Source: Acidimicrobiia bacterium
GTDB lineage: Bacteria > Actinomycetota > Acidimicrobiia > Spongiisociales > Spongiisociaceae
Length of the DNA stretch: 64,000 nt
Assembly: GCA_041576165.1 (NCBI GenBank)
Contig: JBFGLM010000015.1
Coordinates: 25,327 to 89,326 of the forward strand
Direction of reading: 5' to 3'
A program made the translations under genes and the position numbers. Under the pieces are notes generated by a model, which saw nothing but the letters and a program-made list of their open reading frames with translations, was not told the origin of the DNA and searched no databases. Positions 54,060 through 64,000 of the stretch are shown here, one piece after another. Position 1 is the stretch's first letter; each line of letters opens with the position of its first letter.

Positions 54060-56084
54060 TCAGTCGGCCGGCAGCACGGATCCCGGGAGACCTCCAAAGT
54101 GCTGGATCCCGTCGAGGGTCTCGGTGGACGGAAACTGCAGCTCGCTCTGATACGTCTCCAGGATCTGGGGGGCGAAGAGCACGAGGTAGGGAACGTCCTC
54201 GGCAACGATGGCATCCATCTCCTGGACGATCTCGGCTGCTCGATTGACGTCGCCCTCCGCCAGCAACTCCTCGCCCAGGGCGTCGTAATCAGGGTTCGAA
54301 TAGCCCGGGGTGTTGAAGCCGCCACTGGCGGAGTCGTTGGCGGTTGTGAAGAAGTTCTCGAGGTAGAACGGATAGGTGGTCAGGCTCCACCCGAGGATGT
54401 ACATGTCCCATTCCAACGCTGCGTCGCCTGTTGCGAAGACCTCTTCGACGATGGCGTTGAAGCCTGTGGGTTCAGCCTTCAGGGGAACGCCGAGGTCTTG
54501 CGCCCAGTCCTCTATGAACAGCGCATACGTCGCCCGGAGCGGATCGAAGCTCGGCCCGGGAGCGAGCAGCTCGAGTTCGCCAACACTGGTCCCGTCGGGT
54601 CCGCGCAGGCCTTCACCCTTCGGTATCACGTCGCGATTGTCATCGTTCCACTGAGGCTCGACGTCCCAGGTCCAGCCGGCGTCCTTCAGGATCTGAACGG
54701 CCGATGCCAGCCGGTCTTTGGCGGTCTGGTTCTCGCACCACGACGAGACGTCTGGATTTGCCCAGAACGCATTGCCGGGAGGTACCAGCGAGTTGACCGG
54801 GATCGCTGCACCCTGGAGCACGTCATTCGCCATGAATTCCTTGTCGATCATGCAAGCCATGGCCTGGCGAAAGGCCGGGTCGCTCATCGGGAACTTACGC
54901 GTGTTGAACGACAGGTAACGGATCGCGTGTGCGGAATTGGCGATGACGTCAAGGGTGCCGGCCTCCAATACGAGGCTACGAAGACCACGTTCGAGGCTCG
55001 ATGCTCCCAGCAGGTAATCGACCTCACCCTCGATCAGGGCGAGCACCGCTGCGTCCGCATCCTCATACACCGAATAGATCACCTCGCCGTAGAAGGGACC
55101 TTCTGTCCACTCGGCGAGCACCGACCCACTCGTGTCGCCGACCGTGTATGAGAAGCCGTCGCCTCCGGTGTGCTCGAATCCGCCTGAATCGTACGCGATA
55201 TTTGTTGAACCTCTGTGAAGATAGTTCGGGTTGGCCACCGCGCGGGCAAACACGCCGGGCTCGCGACCGTCGTAGATCAGGGGCCCGGCCGACGGCGACC
55301 CCTTGCCGGACGCTGCATACAGGTCGCTGCGCGTCTCCGCGCCCTCAACCGTCTCAGCCCAGAAATGCTCCGGGAATACTGCCCCCTGCAGTGCACCGAA
55401 ATGCCATTCGGCTAGCTGCGGCCGGCGGCTCCAGATGAAGCGCACCGTGAGATCGTCGACCGCTTCCGCGGAGATGATCCCATCCGCCGACTCATCTACC
55501 TCGGTCGTTTCGGGATCATCCTCGACGGCCGCCGGGTACATCGACTCGAAGTCTCCTCCGAGTTTGAGGCTGATGGCGGTGGTCACTGTGAATGCCACGT
55601 CGTTCGCATCCAGCGCCTCGCCGTCGCTCCACTCCAGACCCTCGCGAATCGGCACGTCAATCACCCACTCTTCTCCGTCGGCTTCGCCGATCGGGACCTC
55701 TGCCGTGGCAGCCATCGACGGGACAAGCGTGTAGTTCGGGAAGGCTTCGGTGTAGAGGGAGGGAGCGGTGTGCCCCAACACGTAGTCGACGGAAAAGTTG
55801 TCCTCGGTATCTAGACCAGCCCAGTAGTTGTCGGTGGGTAGGTCTTGGAGGATGGCGTAGGTCAGCGTGCCGGTCGGGCCAGGCGGCTCAACCTCTACTG
55901 GCTCCGTGACCGCCGTGGTCGTCGCAGGCGGCCGAGTGGTCGAGGGAGCTTCTGTCGACAGGGATGTCTCGCCGGCTTCTTCCTGGCTCGAATCGCTTCT
56001 CGAACTGCAGGCCGCGGCAATCAGCCCGACACAGGCGATGAGTGCGAGCCATCGCAGGCGCGCGAGCCCACGGGTCTCACTCAC
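54060..56084 (-). CDS. ABC peptide/nickel-type (family 5) substrate-binding lipoprotein
   Basis: IAAAC lipobox; IREGLEWSDGEALDANDVAFT; DPAFRQAM; GYSNPDYDAL. Confidence 0.9.
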   Translation of the reverse strand: MSETRGLARLRWLALIACVGLIAAACSSRSDSSQEEAGETSLSTEAPSTTRPPATTTAVTEPVEVEPPGPTGTLTYAILQDLPTDNYWAGLDTEDNFSVDYVLGHTAPSLYTEAFPNYTLVPSMAATAEVPIGEADGEEWVIDVPIREGLEWSDGEALDANDVAFTVTTAISLKLGGDFESMYPAAVEDDPETTEVDESADGIISAEAVDDLTVRFIWSRRPQLAEWHFGALQGAVFPEHFWAETVEGAETRSDLYAASGKGSPSAGPLIYDGREPGVFARAVANPNYLHRGSTNIAYDSGGFEHTGGDGFSYTVGDTSGSVLAEWTEGPFYGEVIYSVYEDADAAVLALIEGEVDYLLGASSLERGLRSLVLEAGTLDVIANSAHAIRYLSFNTRKFPMSDPAFRQAMACMIDKEFMANDVLQGAAIPVNSLVPPGNAFWANPDVSSWCENQTAKDRLASAVQILKDAGWTWDVEPQWNDDNRDVIPKGEGLRGPDGTSVGELELLAPGPSFDPLRATYALFIEDWAQDLGVPLKAEPTGFNAIVEEVFATGDAALEWDMYILGWSLTTYPFYLENFFTTANDSASGGFNTPGYSNPDYDALGEELLAEGDVNRAAEIVQEMDAIVAEDVPYLVLFAPQILETYQSELQFPSTETLDGIQHFGGLPGSVLPAD

Positions 56085-56237
56085 AGGCAGTCCTCCGTTT
56101 AGACCTGGTTCGTCCTGACTGAATCTGCAAAAACCCGCCGAAAGGCGAGCAACGCCGCGAGCTTAACCCTGGCCCGGTTGTAGAGGCAATGTACGGACAA
56201 TCTGTGTCGGATTCGGGACGCCAGCGACCGAGTCGTG

Positions 56238-56708
56238 CTAGCTACGATCGACCAGCCGGGCCGGGAAGCCGCCCTTCGAGATCGGACCCCAGCGCTCGAT
56301 GGTCACTCTGAGGAGCACCTTGCCCTGGTCGACCATCGCACGCCGGTATTCGTCCCAGTCCGAATGCTCGCCCGCAATCACACGGAAATATTCGACCAGT
56401 GGCTCCACGGCATCGGGAAGGTCGATCACCTCGGCGGTGCCGTCGACTTGTATCCACTCTCCGTTGAAATTGTCCGAAATCACGAGCATGGTTGCCCGCG
56501 GGTCGTGGCGAAGGTTGCGCGACTTGGCCCGTTCCGGGTACGACGCAATGACGATCCGCTGCTGCGAGTCCACCCCCATGGTCACCGGCGACTGCTGGAT
56601 GCCTCCGTCTCGCCGGTAGGTAGTCAGAATGCCTTGATGACGCGGGCGGACGAACTCGATCATCTCCGCCCGATCGACGTAGCGATTCGTCGCAACGCTG
56701 CGCGCCAC
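56238..56708 (-). CDS. PPOX-class F420-dependent oxidoreductase
   Basis: LTTYRRDGGIQQSPV, KSRNLRHDPR, GEHSDWDEYRRAM. Confidence 0.9.
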   Translation of the reverse strand: MARSVATNRYVDRAEMIEFVRPRHQGILTTYRRDGGIQQSPVTMGVDSQQRIVIASYPERAKSRNLRHDPRATMLVISDNFNGEWIQVDGTAEVIDLPDAVEPLVEYFRVIAGEHSDWDEYRRAMVDQGKVLLRVTIERWGPISKGGFPARLVDRS

Positions 56709-56827
56709 ACCTGCCTCCGGTCGCCCACGCTACCGGCGGATGGCGACGGATGCGAGGACTGGAAGCACCCCCCCGTGGCCGCCTGGCTCCCCCATCGGGC
56801 AGCGGTCAGGTACGATATCGCCGTCCA

Positions 56828-56901
56828 CGGGCTGTGGCGCAGCTTGGTAGCGCGCTTGACTGGGGGTCAAGAGGTCGGGAGTTCGAATCTCCCCAGCCCG
56901 A
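56828..56901 (+). tRNA. tRNA-Pro(GGG), CCA not encoded
   Basis: CGGGCTG/CAGCCCG acceptor stem, D-arm GCGCAGCTTGGTAGCGC, anticodon arm CTTGA-CTGGGGG-TCAAG, GTTCGAAT T-loop. Confidence 0.97.
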
Positions 56902-56980
56902 CGAAAGAACTGCCAGCGTTTGACGCCGAAAGGCGTGTGCGGCTGGATGTCGCTGTGGCGCCTGTCACCTATTCCGCCAC

Positions 56981-57436
56981 CTATCCCTCGGCTTGGAGCC
57001 GCTCGACGGCCTCCCGTTGCATTGAGGGGAGGACCGCTGAATACACATCCAATGTGAACCCGGCGGAGTGATGTCCGAGGCGTTCTTGAACAACCTTCGG
57101 GTGCGCACCAGCACGCAGTAACGCCGATGCGTGGCTGTGCCGCAAGCCGTGCAGAGGTATCCGAGGTAGCGATGTCCCCGCCACAAGTCGGGCGAATCGG
57201 CGCGTGACCCAGTCGGGGCGCAGCGGCCGTCCATCCTCCCAGACGAAGACGAAGTCCAAATCCTCCCAGACAGACCCGGCAACGAGCCGTTCGCGCATCT
57301 GAGCCGCTCGATGCTGACGCATTGCCGCAACCGTGGTTGCGTCCAACTCTATGGTCCGGCGAGCTCGCCAAGTCTTCGGAGCTGACTCGATTGGAGCACC
57401 ATCGACTTGTACGCGAGCCCGACGCACTGCGAGGGT
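56981..57436 (-). pseudogene. C-terminal remnant of tyrosine integrase
   Basis: PKT, HGLRHSHAS, ERLGH, catalytic Tyr in TLDVYS; first catalytic Arg and N-terminal domains absent; abuts the tRNA. Confidence 0.88.
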
Positions 57437-57790
57437 AGGTCATCAGACAGGTCGCGCCGGCCGGTGCGTCGGCCCCATCGTCAGGCTTGTCCGACCAGAC
57501 GATTGTCCCGAGCTCGTCAACGAACCTCGATGTGCCGCGGCACACGCGCTCGGTCGCTCGGCGTTGGTGACATGGCCGCTGCCCTCGATTTTGATCGGGC
57601 GGGAAGGACAACCCGGACACCAGGCTGCGAGCCTATGCCCGCCAGAAGGGTGCATAGCGCTGCGGCGATGTGCGGGGCTGCAATAGTGATCTGCGTCAGG
57701 TCCTGGACTTGGACTCGAGGGACGCCGACCAAGCGCTCCGCGGGTGAAACACCGACTGGCTGCCGTCGCACCAAAAGAAACCACCCGAGG

Positions 57791-60700
57791 TCAACAGCTA
57801 TCCACACGTAGGTACTGCAGACATTCCTCATCGGTGAGGTCGCGCAGAAGCCGGGACCTGGCAACCTCGATCAGGTCCTCAAGGTCGAGCGTGTAGACCT
57901 TGATCACGTCCGCCGTGGTGGCAGCGAGCATCGAACCAGCGAACCCGAACGACAGCGATTCGATTTCGGCTCCCAGGTCGGCCAGCTTGTAGAGATGATC
58001 ACCCGTCTCGAGATCCCAAACTCGGATGACGCCGTCCCGCCCTCCGGTGGCGAAGATGCCCGACACCGCATCGATGTCGATCGCGTTGATCTCACCGTCA
58101 TGAGATATGGTGCCACGCGCCACAGGGCGACCGAGCTCGACGTCGATCCCGGACCACAGCCCGGTTCGATCGGCCGCGATCAGCCGAGTACCCGATAGCG
58201 CAAGAGCAGCAGGGTCGGCAGGTACCTGGTAGGAGCCCAAGGAGACCGCCTCACCTGTGCCGTCCCACGTCCAGACGCCGGCTCGGTCGGATGCGGCAAG
58301 GACGTGCAGATTGCCAAGCCCATCGTATTCGAGATGACCCCAGTCGAGCGCGCTTGCGGTTCTCACCGCTTCGAATCTGACACTCGTCTCGGCTTCCCGG
58401 TCGAACAACTCGACTTCTCCGGACTCCAGCAGAACGCCGACGAACCTAGCGTTCGGTGAGAAGGTGACCTGTAGCGCCCCGAAAGAGCCGACCTCGCCTC
58501 GCATCTCTTGACTGCCACTCGCGATCTCGACCACCGTCAGCAGCCCCTCCCTCGCGATGGCCAGCTTCGTGCCGTCCGGTGACAATGCGAAAACTTGCCC
58601 GGTTGGCAAAAAAGCGGCGGTCCGCTCCCCGGTGACGACATTGGTGAACGTCGCTTCTTCATCAACAAACGGGTAGAGGGAGATCAGCTCGCTGGAAGAA
58701 CCTAGAAACTCCACGAATGATCGGTCTGATCGGTCCAACCGGGTCAGCCGTGGGACGGGAGCGAGATCACCGAACACTTCTGCGTTGCCCCACGGCGATA
58801 CATCCCACAGGAACACCGTACCGGTCTCATCGACCGTCACCAGCTTGGATCCGTCGGGGCTCAAATCAACATCGACGCCGACGCTACCTGCCAGCGGCAA
58901 TGCCAGACGCCCGACGCCGTTCAGCGTCTCCCATACCCGTGCCGTGCCATCGACACCAGCACTCGCCAGAATCGCCCCTGTTCTGTTCAAGGCAAGGTCC
59001 AAAACAACGTTGCGATGGCCGGAGAACCTGGCGACAACCCGTCCGGTTCCGAGGTCCACCTCCTGAACGGGACCGAGTTGCGGACCGGCTTGGGAGAGGT
59101 AGAGCCGCGTCGAGTGCACCGCCAGCACACCCGGCACTTCACTCCTGGACTCGAACGGCTCCCCAGCCTGTGCTCCGGACTCGGGGTCGAGTGTCTGGAA
59201 ACGTCCGACCACAGACCCTCCGGCCGGGCCGCCATCAATCACGAGCCGTTCCCGAAGGGCCGGGGTGAAAGCCACCGCATAGGAGCAGCCGGCCCCCAAG
59301 AACTCCGAGCTGCACGGCTCAAAGTCCCACAAGCGCTCACCCGTCGCGCTCTCAAAGAGAGACCCCACGACCGAGCCATCGGCGCGACTAGTCAAAGCCC
59401 GGGCCGCGACCAGCGAGCCGTCGTGGTTCAACGCGACCCGGGGAGCAGTGACACCAATCTGAGTGGACCATGGCTCCCAGCGATCCGCCAGATCGACCAC
59501 GTACACGCTGCCGTCGACGGATCCCACCGCGACGACCTGGCCGTCGCCGGAGACGTCCAGCCACGGTCGCACATGTGCGTCCACGAGCCCGTCGACGCGG
59601 ATCGGCTCCACTGGAATCCATCCGGGATTGCCCACCTGATTGACCTCGACCGGCGGGCCCTGAGATATGTCGTACATTCGGATAGTTCCATCGGTATTCA
59701 GTACCGCCACAGTCGGGTCATCGACAAATGCAGCCGCACCGCCGCTCTCACCGAGGTCGGCGATCACTCGCTGTCGGTCGATCGCCAGGTGCAGCGCTTC
59801 GATGGCCTCCGCCACCGGCTCCTGCTCGACCGCCTCGAGTGCCAAAAGGAGAGCCAGTTGAGGGTCCGATTGGGTTGCCGCGGTGGCCGCGAGCGCCAGT
59901 TGCCGGGCCTGGGCCAGCTCATTCTCCCCTGCCATCTGCACGGTCCGTACGACGACGACGGTACCGACGACCAGCGCAGCCGCCGTTACTGCTGCTAGGC
60001 CGGTCATGAGCCGTCGACGTCGGAGGGCGGCACCGTCCCGGACCGCAACGCTCGTCTCCAGGAATTCGGCCTCAACGGAGCCAAGACTCATCTGGGCCCG
60101 CATACGCCAGTCTTCGAAAACAGTGAGCCGCGTACCGGTCAACAGGTATTCGTCCGATCTATCGGCCTCATCCCAATCGTGTGCCGAGTTCTACAAGCGG
60201 TGCAGGGTGCGCAAATCGTCGTGGCTCTGTGCGATCCAGTTCTTCAACCGCGGCCACTCGCGGAGTAGCGCCTCATGGGCCACCTCGACCGTGGCCTGTT
60301 CGGATTCCGCGTCCTGATCGATCGAGACCAGGCGGGCCGAAGCCAATGCATCGATGAGTTCGTCGCCGAAGTCTTCGGCCAGCACCGGATATGCCATGCG
60401 ACGCCGGGTGTACTCGTCACCTTCACCCAACCTCACTAGCTGCAGCAGCAGACGGCGGAGGCGTTCCTGGTCCTCTGGCCCGAAGGCTTCGTAAAGCGAC
60501 TCGGCTCGCTGGCGGATGGCGCCACGGATTCCGCCCATGTGGCGGTAGTCGTCGAGGGTCATGGTGTTGTTGGCACGGTGGTCGAACAGCTCGGTGAGGG
60601 CGTATTGGACCATCGGGAGGGCGCCGGGTTGGCCAGTGGCGTCGGCGATGATTGCACCGACGAGAGCGGGCTCCACGTTCACGCCCACGTGCTGAGCCGG

Positions 60701-62107
60701 TCCGGTAATGGCCTCGCTCAGCTCGCCGGGGGTCATCGCCACGACGGTCTCCAGCCGTTTCGCCAGCAGTGGCGCCAGCGCTGGGTGGCCGAGGGGCCGG
60801 TCATAGAAATCGGCCCGCAATGTGATGACGACGCGGACCCGGCTCCGCTCGGCGGTAACCGCACCAACCATTACGTTGACCAGTTGCGCCGACTCTTCGG
60901 GATCGGCAGTGGTGAACAACTCTTCGAACTGGTCGATCATCAGCAGCAGCTCCGAATCATCATCGGGCAGGATCCGCTCGGCCGCGTCCCGCAAACCCAA
61001 CTCATCACGAGATAGCTGCTCCAACAGGGTCGGGGGTGGATTGTGGGCCACTCTGAGTACAGCGGCCTCGAGGTCGCGTAGCGGTGTCGACCCAGGCACC
61101 ATCTGCACTATCACCCAGCCCTCCGAACCGGGCACGGCGCCGCGGCGGATCGCCGGGATGAGCCCGGCACGCACCATGCTCGACTTCCCCGAGCCGCTGG
61201 CGCCAACAACCGCCAACAACCGGGACCCGTCCCCATCTTCGGACATCCGTTCGATGAGCAGCTCCGTGAGCAGCCCCCGACCGAAGAATCGATCAGCGTC
61301 GGCCTCGGTGAACGATTCGAGGCCCCGATACGGGTTGGCGGCTCGGCCGACCTCCGCAGTCGGGCGTTCAACGGTCTGATCCAAGATCTGCTGCTCGAGC
61401 TGGACCAGCTCGGGTGATGGTTCGATCCCCAACTCCTGAGCGAGCGTCTGCCGCAACCGGCCCGCCACCCTCAACGCTTCTGTCTGCCGCCCCGAATGCA
61501 CTAGCGCCGCCATCAACAACCGGTGCAGACCCTCCCGCAGCCGGTGCTCGTCGACCAGGGCCTCCAATTCCCCGACCACATCCCCCGCCCGACCCGCGGC
61601 GATCTGACCTTCGACCCGATACTCGACCGCCCGCAGCCGCAGCTCCTCGAGGCGAGCCGCATCGGCACGCAATGACTCCGCCTCATCCACATCCGAATAG
61701 GGGGCTCCCCGCCACAAGCCCAAGGCGGAATCGAACTCGCGGATTCCCGCCTCCAGATCCAAGCCAATCAACTCCCGCGCTGCCTCCACCCGTGCGGCGA
61801 ACAACAAGGAATCCACCCCATCCGAGGGCGCCACCAGCTCATAGGAACGCCCACTGCGCTCGATGGCGAATCTGTCATCTTCCGCCAACGCCTTGCGCAG
61901 ATTCGAAATCATCGACTGCAAGGAGTTCCGTGCCTCAGCCGGTGGCTCCTCACCCCAGATCTCGTCGATCAAACGATCAGATGACACCGGCTCATTGGCG
62001 AACGCCACCAACAACGCCAGCACGGCACGCTGTCGGGGACCGCCCAGGGCCACGGACTCACCGTTTTCGGTAGCTCGGACCGGGCCGAGTACCTGCAGCT
62101 GCATCAT
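57791..62107 (-). pseudogene. SARP (wHTH-BTAD) - STAND NTPase - WD40 regulator interrupted by one in-frame TAG (60191-60193)
   Basis: VLGPV..LGGPRQRAVLALL, LWRG, GIEPSPEL; NPYRGL..FFGR, GASGSGKSS, IDQFEELFT, AHEALLREWPRL; reads through as LHRL*NSAHDWDEADRSDEYLLTGTRL into TM and WD40 repeats. Confidence 0.85.
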
Positions 62108-62264
62108 GCAACCGTACCCACCTCGAACCGGGTCTGGTTGGCTGCCGCCGACACGCGCACAGGACTGGTTGTCCCGCAGGGTGAAACGGCCTCGGCCAGT
62201 GCAACGAATTGATCAAGTCCCGGGCGGCCGTGGTCTGCTCCGAACCGGATGAAAAAGGTGACGC

Positions 62265-62861
62265 TTACGACTTGCAGAACTCAGTGCTGGTGTGGAGCGG
62301 CGTTGCTCCGGTGAGGATCTCGTACGCTTCCGCGAGGTTGGCGCACTGCTCGGTGTGGAGCCACACGCTCCGGTACGGATCCTCCATGAGACCCCAGGCG
62401 ACGATCTCGGCGGCTTGTTCTTGACCCATCTGCCACCACGCCCCGTCGGCGTGGTGCCAGTTGTCGAGCCTTCGGTGGTCGACGAACTCCTGGCGCCCCC
62501 GCTCCGAGACGAACTCGGAGATCCAGGCGTGGGCGAGCTCGTGGAGGATGGTGTTCTCAGGGGCGGTGCGGTCCTGACCCCAGTTGCAGAGGTCGACGTG
62601 CCGGGTGGAGGTGCGGTACAGGCCGAGGTTGCCATCGCAGCCGTCCTCGGTGTCGTGGAAAGTGATCGTGAGGTCGGTGAGCGGAAGCCCGGCCTCGGTG
62701 AACCGTCCGATCGCCCAGGTTGCCAGGGCTCGCTGCTCCGGTGTGGCGGCGAGGGTATGGACGGCGCCGAAGCCGTTGTGGACCTGGGTGGCGGGAGTGG
62801 CAGCGGGAATGGCGGTCGTCAGCGTGAGGATGATGGTGAGCGTGCGGGTTGCGTTCTTCAT
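62265..62861 (-). CDS. Secreted protein with HEXXH zinc-metallopeptidase motif
   Basis: Signal peptide MKNATRTLTIILTLTTAIPA; ILHELAHAW, downstream EQAAE. Confidence 0.72.
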   Translation of the reverse strand: MKNATRTLTIILTLTTAIPAATPATQVHNGFGAVHTLAATPEQRALATWAIGRFTEAGLPLTDLTITFHDTEDGCDGNLGLYRTSTRHVDLCNWGQDRTAPENTILHELAHAWISEFVSERGRQEFVDHRRLDNWHHADGAWWQMGQEQAAEIVAWGLMEDPYRSVWLHTEQCANLAEAYEILTGATPLHTSTEFCKS

Positions 62862-62892
62862 TGCCGCAACGTCCGCCGGGGCCGGTGCGGCG

Positions 62893-62931
62893 CTCGTGAC
62901 GGGCGCGTGCGGGGCGCGTGTGAAACGCGTG
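62893..62931 (-). promoter_or_regulatory. Four direct repeats at 11-bp periodicity (SARP-type binding array)
   Basis: C(T/G)CGTG at 62893, 62904, 62915, 62926, just upstream of the 62861 start. Confidence 0.65.
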
Positions 62932-63190
62932 TGGCGAAGAGAAAGCCCAGGTCAAGGCGCCGTCACACACGCTTGACGAATCCAGCCCCGGCGCCCTCAG
63001 CGGTGGCTGGCATCCCGGGCTTCCATCGAAGACAGGGCACGCTCAGCGAGCCAAGAAATGACGCCAGAGGCGTCTCGCGGCCTGCTGACGTGAGCGAAGC
63101 GGGCTGCGCGGACCCGCACGCCAATGGCATCGGTGCCGAATGCCGCTTCGGCCGGATGGCCGACGATGCAGCTTGCGGCCGGCTGGCCCG

Positions 63191-63525
63191 CTAGAGCCGT
63201 TTGGCGAAACTCAGTTCGTGTCCGTCGGGGTCAACGAGATGGAAATATCGCTCGCCCCACTCGGCGTCACGAGGCGGGGCCTCGGGAGAAAGCCCTGCTG
63301 CGACCGCCAGACGGTAGACCGTGTCGACGTCGGCGACGTGGATGATCACCCTCCCCCAGCCGCCTCGGCACCCCTCCGGGTCGGCGAGCATCAGGTTCAA
63401 GAACTGGTCTCCCACTCGGAGACTCACGAAGTCCGAGTCGGGCGTTCCGTAGGCCACATCGAAAGCCAGCGATCGGTAGAAAGCGAGCGATCGCGCCATA
63501 TTCGAGACGTGCAACGTGATCGCGG
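63191..63525 (-). pseudogene. VOC/glyoxalase family gene, 5' end replaced by IS sequence
   Basis: AITLHVSNMARSLAFY..VADVD..DAEWGERYFHLVDPDGHELSF; upstream part of the track ORF is antisense transposase. Confidence 0.78.
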
Positions 63526-64000
63526 CGCCAAGGGGAAGCGGTTCTACCAGTTCACCGCTATCGATGACTGCACCCGCCTCCGGGTCCTCAGGGCGTATCC
63601 GAGGTGTAATCAGCGCACCGCCATCCAGTTCCTCGACTACTTCTTGGCCAAGCTGCCGTTCCGGGTGGAGGTGATCCAAACCGACAATGGTGGCGAATTC
63701 GGATCCCAGTTCCATGTCCACGTCCTCGACCGGGGCATCCGCCACGTGTACATCAAACCGGCCACCCCGAGGCTCAACGGCAAGGTGGAAAGATCCCACC
63801 GCATCGACGAGGAAGAGTTCTACCGGATGCTCGACGGAGTAGTCGTCGATGACACCGACCTGTTCAATGACCGCCTGCAAGAGTGGGAGGACTTCTACAA
63901 CTTCAACCGACCCCACGGCGGCCTCGACGGCCAAACCCCCTACGAGCGACTCCGACACAAAACACAGAACCCGATGTAAGCCATCACCGTCAGTTGCACA
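63525..64000 (+). mobile_element. IS481-family transposase 3' remnant with right end
   Basis: YQFTAIDDCTRLR, IQTDNGGEF, PRLNGKVERSHR, YNFNRPHGGL; ends TGTAAGCCATCACCGTCAGTTGCACA (terminal ACA); HTH and first Asp missing. Confidence 0.88.

Noticed and set aside
56125-56175. GCAAAAACCCGCCGAAAGGCG hairpin resembling a c-di-GMP-I riboswitch P2 arm
   Set aside because: On the strand opposite to the flanking genes and lacks the rest of the consensus
60191-60193. In-frame TAG as pyrrolysine recoding
   Set aside because: Not at a catalytic position, no pyl genes in view, and this protein family is not known to use Pyl
1-64000. CRISPR arrays, rRNA genes, intact prophage
   Set aside because: No regularly spaced repeat-spacer units, rRNA-like tracts or phage structural genes seen

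Overview
High-GC actinobacterial DNA; the pgsA-gcvH-garA-MerR-DUF151-MerR synteny, class II DAHP synthase, secretin-less Tad locus and PPOX/LLM enzymes fit Actinobacteria, possibly Acidimicrobiia (inference). (1) About 1-26.8 kb is a large catabolic island: hydrolases, amidohydrolases, LigAB-like dioxygenase, LLM oxidoreductase, CoA transferase, nitrilase, two OsmC proteins, rhodanese, ABC importer and a DddP-like protein. It is tied together by six copies of a LacI-type operator (GCAAnCGaTTGC). It contains an AhpD-like gene split in the ORF track by an in-frame TGA in a CxxU motif followed by a SECIS-like hairpin, so it is a probable selenoprotein. (2) 26.8-56.7 kb is mostly core genome: ECF sigma/anti-sigma with a secreted PQQ-type dehydrogenase-CHRD fusion, lhgO, Tad pilus operon, TetR/hydrolase pair, membrane-anchored TIR protein, add, gcvT with a shrunken GcvPA-like gene, and the garA cluster with an inserted divergent HPRT and a nuclease-like gene. 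(3) 56.8-64 kb is tRNA-Pro(GGG) followed by a decayed island: integrase remnant, SARP-STAND-WD40 regulator with one in-frame TAG, a secreted HEXXH protein behind 11-bp-phased repeats, and an IS481 remnant. All family calls come from motif recognition by eye; no searches were run.
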